64,000 nt of DNA from Calditrichales bacterium (GTDB taxonomy: Bacteria > Calditrichota > Calditrichia > Calditrichales > J004). Position 1 is the stretch's first letter; each line of letters starts with the position of its first letter. The notes below the pieces were generated by a model. It was not told the origin of the DNA. It worked only from the letters and a program-made list of their open reading frames with translations, and ran no database searches. The stretch lies in the NCBI GenBank assembly GCA_965267575.1, contig OZ254086.1:128001-192000 (forward strand), in the 5' to 3' direction. Shown here in pieces: positions 20,337 through 29,963 of this stretch. The translations under genes and the position numbers were made by a program.

Positions 20337-21680
20337 TTACTTGGACGCTTTGGATTCTGATTTGGCAGATTTGTTTTTAGATGATTCCGCTTTTGCAGAC
20401 TCGCTGCCCTCTTCTTCTTTTTCCCCGGAGTCGTGAAGGTCGACAAGGTATCCGAATTGTTCGCGAAATTCTTCCAGAGACATATTTGCCGTAGCGGCAT
20501 ATTTAGCAAGTTCATGCGGATCATCAAAATCTTCCGGCTTGAGGCGGATCATGTAGCGATACGCTATCTGATACCATTCCGAGTTGATGTCCACCATGCG
20601 CACTTTCATTTTGTGCGTTTTACGATCCAGAATATCCTTGAAATAGAGCGGTACAAAATTGTGCTCCTGCATGGAGATCAGAGCACCGTTGCCCCCTTCG
20701 AACAGGAACTTGGCGGCCATGTAGCCTAAGTCACGGCAATACTCCATATCGAAAGGAATGGGATCGGCACAGCGCAATTCATAGCCAATATTCTTGGCAA
20801 CGATCGTAGTTTTCAGGTCAAACTGCTTCAGGCGCTGCTGGACATGGTATTTCAAAATTTCAGGGAAATTTATTTCGGCAAAACGCAGGTTGTCATGAGC
20901 ATCACGCTCTATATTTAAAAGCTGGCTGAAAGTTTTTGGGTCAAGCTTGTCGATCAAACCTTCGGCAATAACGGCCACGCCGTCGCTGCGCCCGTAGCTG
21001 ATGCGCTTGATGATCGCGCCAACCAGCGTATCCACGAGGTGATTGAGGCTGATCTTTCCCGGGCGGAATTCTTCGGGAACGATGGTGAGTGTTGCGCCCG
21101 CGGCTTTACCGATACCCAGCGCCAGGTGCCCGGCTTTGCGACCCATCGTCACAACAAAATACCAGCGCGATGTGGTTTTGGCATCGGTCATAATGTTTTT
21201 TATGATCTCCACGCCTATATGTCGTGCGGTCTGATATCCGAAGGTCGGGATGCCGTGCGGTAAATCCAGGTCGTTATCGATGGTTTTGGGAACGTGTGCC
21301 ACGCGGATGCGTCCCGCGGCAACCTGCTCCACGCGATAAGCGGAATAGGCCGTGTCATCGCCACCGATGGTAATAAGCTTATCTACATTCAGGCGTAACA
21401 GCGAAGAGACCGTGTTTTCGAGATATTTGGGATCTTTGGTGGGATTGTCGCGCGCGATGCCGAGATGTGATCCGCCGCGAAAGTGAATTCTGCTTACTTC
21501 TTCAATGGAGAGATTTTTTATATGGCTGATATCACCGCGCATCAGCCACTTGAAGCCATCCATAATTCCGATAACTTCTGCTCCGGAAATTATCGCCCTG
21601 ATCGTTGCCGCGCCTATAACACTGTTGATGCCCGGTGCAGGTCCACCGCCAACAAGAATCGCGGTTCTTTTAGGAAACAT
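20337..21680 (-). CDS. pfp: Pyrophosphate-dependent phosphofructokinase
   Basis: GGGPAPG, GGDDT and PKTIDND (PPi-type signatures), MGR. Confidence 0.9.
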   Translation of the reverse strand: MFPKRTAILVGGGPAPGINSVIGAATIRAIISGAEVIGIMDGFKWLMRGDISHIKNLSIEEVSRIHFRGGSHLGIARDNPTKDPKYLENTVSSLLRLNVDKLITIGGDDTAYSAYRVEQVAAGRIRVAHVPKTIDNDLDLPHGIPTFGYQTARHIGVEIIKNIMTDAKTTSRWYFVVTMGRKAGHLALGIGKAAGATLTIVPEEFRPGKISLNHLVDTLVGAIIKRISYGRSDGVAVIAEGLIDKLDPKTFSQLLNIERDAHDNLRFAEINFPEILKYHVQQRLKQFDLKTTIVAKNIGYELRCADPIPFDMEYCRDLGYMAAKFLFEGGNGALISMQEHNFVPLYFKDILDRKTHKMKVRMVDINSEWYQIAYRYMIRLKPEDFDDPHELAKYAATANMSLEEFREQFGYLVDLHDSGEKEEEGSESAKAESSKNKSAKSESKASK

Positions 21681-21856
21681 TTATTACCCCTTATTTGCAG
21701 AATTGACTTAGCTGCCGAATTTAAGCGGCATGCTACTACTTATCAAATTTAAATGACTTTATTTTTAATGCTTTTGTGTCGTACATTTATATTTGATGTG
21801 TCAGTCAAAGGAAAACGCAGCGGACATGCCGTTTATTTTGTCCGGCTGGTATTTTT

Positions 21857-23617
21857 ATGCTAATAAAAGATTTAAATCTTACGGGTTTTAAGAAAAGCGA
21901 CGAGCGCGGGCTTGACCTGCAGGCGTTGTCTGCCGGTGATATTGCCGGCGCCCGGGCGGAAAACAAACGTTTCCTGTTTCATGCCATTCTTGGCATTATT
22001 TACGGTCTCTCCGCGCGCGAGCAGGAAAATTTCCGGGCGGAAGACGGGGCCAAAGTATTAACGGGCCGTTTAACCATTGTTTTTGGCGATTCCTTTCTGC
22101 ACATAGAACGCGATTTTGGCACAGGCATCGTTGCCGTTTTATCCCAACGCCAGGGCAAATACAAGCCCGTATTCCAGGGCAAGGATCTGCCCGGCAGGCA
22201 AAGTTCAAGACCCTACCTCGATATCCTCAGTTCCTTTTTTACCATTACGGACAAATACTTCATCACCGAATTATGCGGAGACGAGATTGCCAGCAATCAA
22301 AACAGCCTGGAAGACCTGCTGGACCTGCTACATCTGTTTCTGCGGCCGCGCTTTAAAATAGCCACGGTGCGCCGGCTTATTGGCAAGTGCGAAAAGATAT
22401 TGAACCGGGAAGAAGACCTGACCCTGCCGCAAAGCGTGGATGAAAAAATTGATCTGCTAAAAAATTTCGAGAAACTGCAACAAAGTGAAAAGAGCGTTAA
22501 AGAGGATATTTCGCGCTATCACCATTTTTGGAACACCCTGAATAAAAATTACGACCTGCGCAGTAATACCAACGAGAGACTGAAACAGCGCTTTCCGCTC
22601 ATTTATCATATGGATGCCAGGGAGGTCAGACAGGAAGTAAAGCAACTGCTCACCTTCCGTAACGAAGAACAGCAGCTCAAAAACCAGCTTGACAAAATCC
22701 GCCAGCGCATAAAAAAAGTGGATGATACTATCCAGAATAAGCTCATCGTTTATGCCGATTTACCGGACAGCTTTGAACAGGACTTTCACCATTACCAGCG
22801 TCTCTCCATGGATGTGGCACAGGTTAAAAACGAGTACGACCGTTATACCATCGAAGCGGGTAAGACCAATGCCGAACTGCGCCGCTGGCGAAGATGGGAA
22901 AAATCGTATTACATCGCGGCCGTTGCGCTCGGCCTGCTGAGCGGTTTGATTTTCTTTACGGCCTCGCCCTTGTGGAGCCTGCCTGTGCTGGCTGTTCTGG
23001 GGGCAGGCGGCTTCGTCTTTTTCCGCAAAATGAAAAACGACCGTATTTCCCACATGGATTATATCCACAGCCGCCAGGACGCACTGCGCAAACAAATACA
23101 GGAGCAGGAAGGTGAGATCAACGAACTGCGCCACAAGTCTTTTCTGCTGGATGACCTGGACCTTATTGACGAGCACATTGAAAAGTTTAAGCAGTATCGT
23201 AAGATATTGAATTATAAAGAGGAGCTGGAAAAACAGAAAACGCAACTAAAGCGTCAGCTCAACGCGCCGCGTTTTATGGATGACCAGGCGCAGCTGGAAA
23301 AGAAATACAGCCGTCTTATAAACCTGCAGCGGGATGATTTGCTAAAATACCTGGAAGATTTTGAAGCGGCCCAGGAAGCAATCCATGATAATATTGAATT
23401 TAAGGAAAACTCAGCCAGGCTGGACCCGGTAAGGCAAACAATTAACATGTACGACCATCTGCTGACGCAAATTGTGCATGCCCGTGAAGAGATAAAAAAG
23501 CATCTGGATATGCCGGACCTGGATAATAATACAGAGGGCTATCTGAAACGTGCTTACGAAGAGCGCGATCTGTTGGAGAGCAACCGCAAAATGCGCAATA
23601 CGCTGATTAACAACTGA
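21857..23617 (+). CDS. Coiled-coil membrane protein with degenerate YhaN/Rad50-like N-terminal domain
   Basis: MLIKDLNLTGFK...AILGIIYG...IERDF matches the AAA_27-type N-terminal pattern; long coiled coil; central TM hairpin. Confidence 0.55.
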   Translation: MLIKDLNLTGFKKSDERGLDLQALSAGDIAGARAENKRFLFHAILGIIYGLSAREQENFRAEDGAKVLTGRLTIVFGDSFLHIERDFGTGIVAVLSQRQGKYKPVFQGKDLPGRQSSRPYLDILSSFFTITDKYFITELCGDEIASNQNSLEDLLDLLHLFLRPRFKIATVRRLIGKCEKILNREEDLTLPQSVDEKIDLLKNFEKLQQSEKSVKEDISRYHHFWNTLNKNYDLRSNTNERLKQRFPLIYHMDAREVRQEVKQLLTFRNEEQQLKNQLDKIRQRIKKVDDTIQNKLIVYADLPDSFEQDFHHYQRLSMDVAQVKNEYDRYTIEAGKTNAELRRWRRWEKSYYIAAVALGLLSGLIFFTASPLWSLPVLAVLGAGGFVFFRKMKNDRISHMDYIHSRQDALRKQIQEQEGEINELRHKSFLLDDLDLIDEHIEKFKQYRKILNYKEELEKQKTQLKRQLNAPRFMDDQAQLEKKYSRLINLQRDDLLKYLEDFEAAQEAIHDNIEFKENSARLDPVRQTINMYDHLLTQIVHAREEIKKHLDMPDLDNNTEGYLKRAYEERDLLESNRKMRNTLINN

Positions 23618-23622
23618 CTCCC

Positions 23623-24372
23623 GTGGAACTCTCACTCAACACTATTCTCATTTTATTTGGCGTGGGCGCAATTGCCGGCTTTATCAACACCAATGCAGGC
23701 GGCGGCTCCACCCTTACCCTGCCCGCACTGATCTTTGCCGGCCTGGATACGGCAACGGCCAACGGCACCAACCGCATCGCCATCCTGCTGCAAAATATGT
23801 CGGGTGTAGCCAGCTTCCGTAACCAAAAAGTGTATGGCCTTAGGCTGGCCCTGATGTATGGCCTGTTCACCATTCCCGGTGCCATTGCCGGCGCGTTTTT
23901 TTCCATCAAGCTGAGCGATATCTGGTTTCAGCGTATCCTCGGCATCATCATGATTGCCATCGTTCTGTCGCTGATTGTTAGCCCGCAGAGGAAAACAGGC
24001 GCGGGACAGGAGGTTAAGAATCCGGGCTGGGGATTTTATCTTTCACTGCTTGGTGTGGGTTTCTACGGCGGCTTTATACAGGTGGGCGTGGGCTTTGTAC
24101 TCATGGCGGCGCTTTTTGGCTTTTTGAAGACATCGCTGGTGCGGGTCAATTTCTACAAATTAACCATCGTGTTTGTTTACACCATCCCTACCCTGGCCTT
24201 TTTCGTACTAACCGGAAACGTGGACTGGCCCGCGGGACTGAGCCTGGCAACGGGCAATATTGCCGGTGCGTGGATCGGCGCCCATATGTCCGTAAAAAAG
24301 GGTGACGCATTTATCCGCTACGTCCTGATTGTAACCATCCTGATCCTGGCGGCCAAACTGCTGATGGGCTAA
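23623..24372 (+). CDS. Sulfite exporter TauE/SafE family protein
   Basis: AGFINTNAGGGSTLTLP, ANGTNR, GFYGGFIQVGVG. Confidence 0.9.
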   Translation: MELSLNTILILFGVGAIAGFINTNAGGGSTLTLPALIFAGLDTATANGTNRIAILLQNMSGVASFRNQKVYGLRLALMYGLFTIPGAIAGAFFSIKLSDIWFQRILGIIMIAIVLSLIVSPQRKTGAGQEVKNPGWGFYLSLLGVGFYGGFIQVGVGFVLMAALFGFLKTSLVRVNFYKLTIVFVYTIPTLAFFVLTGNVDWPAGLSLATGNIAGAWIGAHMSVKKGDAFIRYVLIVTILILAAKLLMG

Positions 24373-24399
24373 ACAGGACATTTGAAAAATTTTGATGTT

Positions 24400-24876
24400 A
24401 TGAAAAACGCATTCCCTTTGTTAAATTTCCCTGATGTGAACATTGAACTGGATAAGGATGACGACGGCCCGCAGATTTTTGACCCGTTCCGCAAAAAATG
24501 GCTGGTCTGCACACCCGAAGAGTGGGTACGCCAACACCTGCTGGCTTACCTTTACGAATACAAAAAATATCCGCGCAGCCTGTTAAAAGTGGAAGGCAGC
24601 GTTGAGGCATTCGGACAAAAAAGGCGTTTTGACGCGGTTGTTTACTCACGGGAGATCAGCCCGTTGATGATTGTGGAGTGCAAAGCGCCGACAGTAAAAA
24701 TCAGCGATAAAACACTGCAGCAGATTGCCGTTTACCACAGCAGCTTAAAAACGCCGTACCTGCTGATTAGCAACGGCATCAAACACTTTTGCTGCAAAAT
24801 GAAGACGGACGGCAGATACGCGTTTTTGGACGATATACCCGATTATGAAATGCTGCTAAAAAATTCAAAGTATTGA
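24400..24876 (+). CDS. Stand-alone HsdR N-terminal-like (HSDR_N_2) domain protein
   Basis: IFDPFRKK...TPEEWVRQH, YP...VE, RFD, IVECKAP, SNG. Confidence 0.85.
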   Translation: MKNAFPLLNFPDVNIELDKDDDGPQIFDPFRKKWLVCTPEEWVRQHLLAYLYEYKKYPRSLLKVEGSVEAFGQKRRFDAVVYSREISPLMIVECKAPTVKISDKTLQQIAVYHSSLKTPYLLISNGIKHFCCKMKTDGRYAFLDDIPDYEMLLKNSKY

Positions 24877-24969
24877 AGTCGCGAAGTCAAGAAGTTTTAT
24901 AGTCTTGAAGTCCGGGAATACAGCCGGGCCTTTTGACTTCCGGACACCCTGACTCCGGGACTTCCGGAC
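24875..24969. repeat. Inverted pair of octamer tandem arrays (GAAGTCnn / GACTTCnn)
   Basis: GAAGTCGC GAAGTCAA GAAGTTTT ATAGTCTT GAAGTCCG ... GACTTCCG GACACCCT GACTCCGG GACTTCCG. Confidence 0.75.
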
Positions 24970-24982
24970 ATTACATAGAAAT

Positions 24983-25011
24983 TTGCATCGATTGAAAGCA
25001 TTTGCTACAAT
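24983..25011 (+). promoter_or_regulatory. Putative sigma70 promoter of map
   Basis: TTGCAT-17 bp-TACAAT, ending 27 nt upstream of ATG. Confidence 0.5.
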
Positions 25012-25038
25012 CGCCACCTTTAAAAAGCAGACGAGTTT

Positions 25039-25833
25039 ATGATTCCGATAAAGAACAAAAAAGAAATTGAGAAAATCCGCGCCGCTGCCCTGCTGGTGTC
25101 GCGCACATTGGGGCTGATTGCCGAGCATATTGAGCCCGGCGTTACAACAGCCTCGCTGGACAAAATGGCCGAGGAGTTTATCCGCGATCACGGCGGCATC
25201 CCTGCCTTTAAAGGATACAACGGCACCTTCCCGGCCACGCTCTGCATGTCACGCAACGAGGAGGTTGTACACGGCTTTCCGTCCGAAACGCCTCTCAATG
25301 AGGGCGATATCATCAGCGTGGATTGCGGCGTTAAGCTGGACGGCTGGTATGGCGACCACGCTTACACCTTCCCCATAGGCGCGGTTAGCATGCCGGTGCT
25401 ACGACTTTTAAAAGTGACCCGCGAGTGCCTGGATATTGGTATTGAGCAGGCGCGCAGGGGCAAAAAGATCGGTGATATCGGCCACCACATTCAACAACAT
25501 GCCGAAGGCAACGGTTATGGCGTTGTGCGCGAACTGGTGGGTCACGGTTTGGGCCGCAAGCTGCATGAAGAGCCGCAGGTGCCCAACTACGGGCGTAAAG
25601 GCAGCGGGCCGCGCATTCAAGACGGCATGGTAATAGCTATCGAGCCGATGATCAATATGGGTACGGGTGCCGTGCTGCAGCTGGACGACGGCTGGACCAT
25701 CATCACCGCCGACAAAATGCCATCGGCCCATTATGAGCACAACGTCGCTATCGTAAACGGCAGACCGGAAGTGCTTTCCACCTTTGATTACGTGGAAGAG
25801 GCGCTGAACAAAAAGGGCGTGACAGTTATTTAA
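25039..25833 (+). CDS. map: Methionine aminopeptidase type I
   Basis: VVHGFP, SVDCG, GDHAYT, GHGLG..LHEEP, IAIEPM, SAHYEH. Confidence 0.97.
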   Translation: MIPIKNKKEIEKIRAAALLVSRTLGLIAEHIEPGVTTASLDKMAEEFIRDHGGIPAFKGYNGTFPATLCMSRNEEVVHGFPSETPLNEGDIISVDCGVKLDGWYGDHAYTFPIGAVSMPVLRLLKVTRECLDIGIEQARRGKKIGDIGHHIQQHAEGNGYGVVRELVGHGLGRKLHEEPQVPNYGRKGSGPRIQDGMVIAIEPMINMGTGAVLQLDDGWTIITADKMPSAHYEHNVAIVNGRPEVLSTFDYVEEALNKKGVTVI

Positions 25834-25838
25834 AAATG

Positions 25839-26181
25839 TGTCATCTCGAACCCGCGACAGCGGTGAGAGATCCAGGATGCATAAGTCACCATACTATTGC
25901 GAGCTGAAGCCACAGCGCACTCCCGGATCTCTCACATATATTCGAGATGACAGCAGCGAAATTGTCATCCCGGCCTCCGAGCCGGGATCTATGGCCGGGA
26001 ATGATCACAGGATTCCGGGTCGATGCCCGGAATGACAGGTGCAGGAAAGGGTTGGGGATGGGTTGTCCCCCGATCAGGATCAAGAACATGAGCAAGATCA
26101 CGATCAAGATTTACATGAACACATGAACACCTGAATACCTGAATACACATTAACACTTTAACACAACAACACATCAGCACA
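25839..26181 (+). repeat. Composite repeat copy 1: palindrome A, palindrome B, module C, hexamer array D, octamer array E
   Basis: A TGTCATCTCGAA..TTCGAGATGACA 25839-25952; B TGTCATCCCGGC..CCCGGAATGACA 25963-26037; C GGGTTGGGGATGGGTT; D GATCAn repeats; E ACnnnAAC repeats. Confidence 0.9.
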
Positions 26182-26185
26182 TAAA

Positions 26186-26599
26186 ATGATCATTGCAGTA
26201 GATTTTGACGGAACCATTGTAGAACACCGCTATCCTGAAATCGGCAAGCCTATATTGTTTGCCTTTGAAGCCTTAAAAGAACTCCAAAAACGCGACCACC
26301 GTCTGATCCTGTGGACCTACCGCGCGGGCAAGGAACTGCAGGAAGCGATCGATTTTTGCCGTGAGAATGGGGTTGAGTTTCACGCCCATAATGCCAACCA
26401 CCCCAATGAACAATTCGACCCCAAAACGATGAGCCGCAAAATACACGCGGACCTGTTTATCGATGACCGCAACGTGGGCGGCTTCCCCGGCTGGACCGCC
26501 ATCCTGCAAATGATCCACCCGGAGGAATTTGGCCTGGATGAAGAACAAGGCGTGCTGGATAAGGCCAGGCAATGGTGGCGCGACATAACACGGGGATAA
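26186..26599 (+). CDS. Small HAD-family phosphatase (BT0820-like)
   Basis: IIAVDFDGTIV, LILWTYR, RKI.AD.FIDDRN. Confidence 0.88.
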   Translation: MIIAVDFDGTIVEHRYPEIGKPILFAFEALKELQKRDHRLILWTYRAGKELQEAIDFCRENGVEFHAHNANHPNEQFDPKTMSRKIHADLFIDDRNVGGFPGWTAILQMIHPEEFGLDEEQGVLDKARQWWRDITRG

Positions 26600-26610
26600 G
26601 GCGGCAAAAC

Positions 26611-26882
26611 TGTCACCTCGAAGCCACAGCACATTCTTAGATCTCTCACATGCGTTCGAGATGACAGCCAGCATTGTTGGCAATCAGCCACACCGGGATC
26701 TATGGCCGGGGATAATCTCAGGATCCCGGCGCGGAGGCCAGGATGACAGGCGTGTTTGGGCCCCTTCCATTGGGACAAGGGAAGGGGTTTGGGGATGGGT
26801 TCAAAAGATCACGATCGTGAGCATGATCACGATCAAGAATACTTGAACACATTAACACCCTAACACTTCAACACCTTAACAC
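26611..26882 (+). repeat. Composite repeat copy 2 (internally deleted A, partial B, C, D, E)
   Basis: Same modules and order as copy 1; C = CCCCTTCCATTGGGACAAGGGAAGGGGTTTGGGGATGGGTT. Confidence 0.9.
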
Positions 26883-27847
26883 TATCCCCTATTTTTCATC
26901 CTCCACACATCATAAAAATCCTGGATGGCCTGGATGTCGTCTTTTATGCGCTCAAAAGAGTGGTCTTTGGTCCAGTCCTCCATCAGGTACTGGTCGGGAT
27001 GGCTGAGCGCCAGGTGGATGATGTTGGAAAGCGGGATCATGTAGTATTCATAGAGCTGATCGATCTTGCTGCATTGCACCTCAAAATTGATCGTTGACTC
27101 GTTTTGAGGATTGGTCTTAACGACGAACTCATTTTCCAGCCGGCCTTTATGACGGATGGTTTGAATGGCCATGTGCAGATTGCCGACCCAACTGCCGACG
27201 CGGTCAAAATTAAGGGCGCGGTTGGCTTCCAGGCTGGTGATACTGAGGCCGGACTGAAAATCGGCTTTTTGCTCCAGCGCCTTCAGGTCGGACAGCATGT
27301 ATATGTACAGATTTTCCAGGTCTTCCATAGCCCAGCGGTTAATAGGATAATCTTCGGAATCGAGGCTGCGCCGTTCACGCCGGGGATAGGTAATCACCAT
27401 TTCCCCGCTTTTGGTGACGGAACGGTGAAAATCATAGGCACGGCGGATTTCTTCATAGGGCATCTGGAAATCGGAGTCGCTTACGGCCACATTTTCAAAC
27501 TCCATCAGCCGGCCTATGCGCACCAGCAGTTCCAGCGGATAGGTGAGGCCCATGGGCAATTCATTATAATAAAGCACCTGCACGCGATCGGGATGGAAAA
27601 AGCTTTTTTTATAGACTTCACTCACCCGTTTGGCGCTCTCTTCCCAGGGCGCAAAATCATAAAAAGCCACTTGCGGCATCAAACCTTTCTCTTCCAGGAA
27701 AGCGCGCGGATTTTTGCCGCATAACGCCACGATGGTCACAAAGCCATCGCTGTAGGAAAAATGCTTTGACTGGCCTTTAATGATATGAGCGAGATCGTCA
27801 AAGGAAGCAGTTGAATTGAGATACTGGCGGAATCCGATTATATCCAT
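26882..27847 (-). CDS. Hypothetical protein, possible divergent GT-A (GT2-like) glycosyltransferase
   Basis: VAVSDSDFQMP (DxD-x-Q), downstream R-x-x-R, DFQSG motif; atypical N-terminus. Confidence 0.5.
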   Translation of the reverse strand: MDIIGFRQYLNSTASFDDLAHIIKGQSKHFSYSDGFVTIVALCGKNPRAFLEEKGLMPQVAFYDFAPWEESAKRVSEVYKKSFFHPDRVQVLYYNELPMGLTYPLELLVRIGRLMEFENVAVSDSDFQMPYEEIRRAYDFHRSVTKSGEMVITYPRRERRSLDSEDYPINRWAMEDLENLYIYMLSDLKALEQKADFQSGLSITSLEANRALNFDRVGSWVGNLHMAIQTIRHKGRLENEFVVKTNPQNESTINFEVQCSKIDQLYEYYMIPLSNIIHLALSHPDQYLMEDWTKDHSFERIKDDIQAIQDFYDVWRMKNRG

Positions 27848-27976
27848 GAACTTCTTTCGTATTTGCTGCGGGTTGTCTAATTTTTTTTACATTGTCGATT
27901 GTTGCGCGGATTGCTTGAGCCGCACAGCCCGGCAAGAAATTAAAACAGCACTTAATGTAATCAAAAAGGAAATACC

Positions 27977-29398
27977 ATGAAGCCCAAAGAGTTTCGCGAA
28001 GAAGCCCACCGTTTGGTTGACTGGATGGCCGACTACCTGGAAAATATTGAACAATACCCGGTAAAATCGCAGGTCGCCCCGCGTGCTGTGATCGATCAAC
28101 TGCCGGACGCGCCACCGCAGGCGGCACAGGGCATGGAAACAATCATGAAAGATTTTGAAAAAATTATCATGCCCGGCGTAACCCACTGGCAAAGCCCCAA
28201 CTTTTTCGCCTACTTCCCGGCCAACAGCAGCCCGCCCTCTGTTTTGGCAGAAATGCTGACCGCCGCGCTGGGCGCGCAGTGCATGATCTGGGAAACATCG
28301 CCGGCGGCCGCGGAGCTGGAAGAACAGATGATGAACTGGCTGAAGCTGATGACCGGTCTGCCCGCGGAGTGGCACGGCGTTATCCAGCCCACGGCATCGG
28401 ACGCCACGCTGGCCGCCTTGCTCACCGCACGCGAGAAGGCCACATCCGGCGCGATTAACAAAGAGGGCTTCAACGGCGATGAAAAATTCCGCATTTACGC
28501 CTCCACTGAAACGCATTCTTCCATTGAAAAGGGAGTTAAGATCGCCGGCTTTGGAGCGCAAAACCTGGTGAAGGTGGACGTTACGGATGCCTTGGCTATG
28601 GACCCGTCCGCCCTTGAAAGCGCCATCGCGGATGATATGAAAAACGGCTACCGGCCTTTGAGTATCGTCGCCACGTTGGGTACCACCGGCAGCACGGCCA
28701 TCGATCCGCTGAAGCCCATTGCCGAAATCGCCGCGAAGCACAAACTATGGCTGCACGTGGATGCTGCTTATGCCGGGTCAGCGCTGCTGCTGGAAGAATA
28801 CCGCTCCATGATCGATGGCGTCAAAATGGCAGACAGCTTTGTCTTTAATCCCCACAAATGGCTGTTTACAAACTTCGACTGTTCGGCGTATTTTGTGAAG
28901 GACAAAGAGGCCCTGCTGCACACCTTCGAGATTACGCCCGAGTATTTGAAAACCGATGTGGACAAAACGGTGAATAATTACCGCGACTGGGGCATCCCGC
29001 TGGGCCGCCGTTTCCGTGCGTTGAAGCTGTGGTTTGTAATCCGCTCTTACGGTGTGGAGAGTCTGAAGGCGATGCTGCGTGAACACATCCGCATTGCCAA
29101 CCAACTGGCCGACGCGATCGACGCCCACCGTTATTTTGAATTGGCCGCGCCGGTGACGCTGAACCTGGTCTGCTTCCGGCTGCGCCCTTCCAAAAACACG
29201 CCGCCGGACGAATTGAACGCGCTCAACGCCGAGCTGCTGAAACGCATCAACGCCACGGGCAAGGTCTATTTAACGCACACCAAAATCGGCGATAATTACA
29301 CACTGCGCCTGGTTTGCGGCCAAACACGCGTGACGGAACAGCATGTGCAAAACGCCTGGCGGCTTATTCAGGAAACGGCGGACAAATTGCTTGGGTAA
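27977..29398 (+). CDS. PLP-dependent aromatic-L-amino-acid decarboxylase (group II)
   Basis: PGVTHWQSPNFFAYFP, SPAAAELE, HSSIEK, HVDAAYAG, NPHKW, LGRRFRALKLW. Confidence 0.93.
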   Translation: MKPKEFREEAHRLVDWMADYLENIEQYPVKSQVAPRAVIDQLPDAPPQAAQGMETIMKDFEKIIMPGVTHWQSPNFFAYFPANSSPPSVLAEMLTAALGAQCMIWETSPAAAELEEQMMNWLKLMTGLPAEWHGVIQPTASDATLAALLTAREKATSGAINKEGFNGDEKFRIYASTETHSSIEKGVKIAGFGAQNLVKVDVTDALAMDPSALESAIADDMKNGYRPLSIVATLGTTGSTAIDPLKPIAEIAAKHKLWLHVDAAYAGSALLLEEYRSMIDGVKMADSFVFNPHKWLFTNFDCSAYFVKDKEALLHTFEITPEYLKTDVDKTVNNYRDWGIPLGRRFRALKLWFVIRSYGVESLKAMLREHIRIANQLADAIDAHRYFELAAPVTLNLVCFRLRPSKNTPPDELNALNAELLKRINATGKVYLTHTKIGDNYTLRLVCGQTRVTEQHVQNAWRLIQETADKLLG

Positions 29399-29416
29399 AA
29401 GGAAAAATGAAAGTAG

Positions 29417-29650
29417 TGTCATCCCGGCCTGTCCCGATGTTTTTTATCGGGGTTGGCATCTTTTGCCAGACCGGGATCTATCGCCGGGATAATCTCAGGA
29501 TCCCGGCGCGGAGGCCGGGATGACAGGCGCGGGCTAGATGACAGCACTTGTCTTAAGCCCCTTCCATTGGAACAAGGGAAGGGGTTTGGGGATGGGTTCA
29601 CTCTTCGGATGTCATCTCGAATCCGCCTTAGCGGTGAGAGATCCGGGATG
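29417..29650 (+). repeat. Composite repeat copy 3 (B, C, left arm of palindrome A)
   Basis: B 29417-29525; C 29558-29598; TGTCATCTCGAA...GTGAGAGATCCGGGATG 29610-29650 has no adjacent right arm. Confidence 0.88.
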
Positions 29651-29756
29651 GAGCCTCAGGAAGCCCGCACGTACGCCAGCTATATGAAAGGCAGGGAATC
29701 TTGTATTCAAGCCTGTTGTTATTTATGTTCATTAGAAAGTAAAATCGGATAAAAAT

Positions 29757-29960
29757 ATGAGACAGGTTATAGTGAAAATCCCGGACAAAAAATTTGATTT
29801 TTTTATGGAGTTGTTAAAGCAACTAGGTATTGCTGTACAATATGAAGAGGATATCCCTGAAAGTCATAAGGAGATAGTTAGAGAGCGTATAAAAAGTGAT
29901 AATCAAAATCCTGAAAATGTGCAGGATTGGGAGAAAGTTCAGGATACTTTTAAATCATAG
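29757..29960 (+). CDS. Putative antitoxin (addiction module component)
   Basis: IPESHKEIVRERI...DWEKV pattern; directly upstream of a RelE/ParE-like gene. Confidence 0.7.
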   Translation: MRQVIVKIPDKKFDFFMELLKQLGIAVQYEEDIPESHKEIVRERIKSDNQNPENVQDWEKVQDTFKS

Positions 29961-29963
29961 CGT

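Noticed and set aside
24400-24876. Type I restriction-modification system
   Set aside because: Only a stand-alone HsdR-N-like domain; no helicase, hsdM or hsdS nearby.
25838-26846. Short ORFs over the repeat regions (e.g. 25838..26035, 25886..26107, 26661..26846; also 29419..29752)
   Set aside because: They are translations of the repeat modules, without RBS or coding features.
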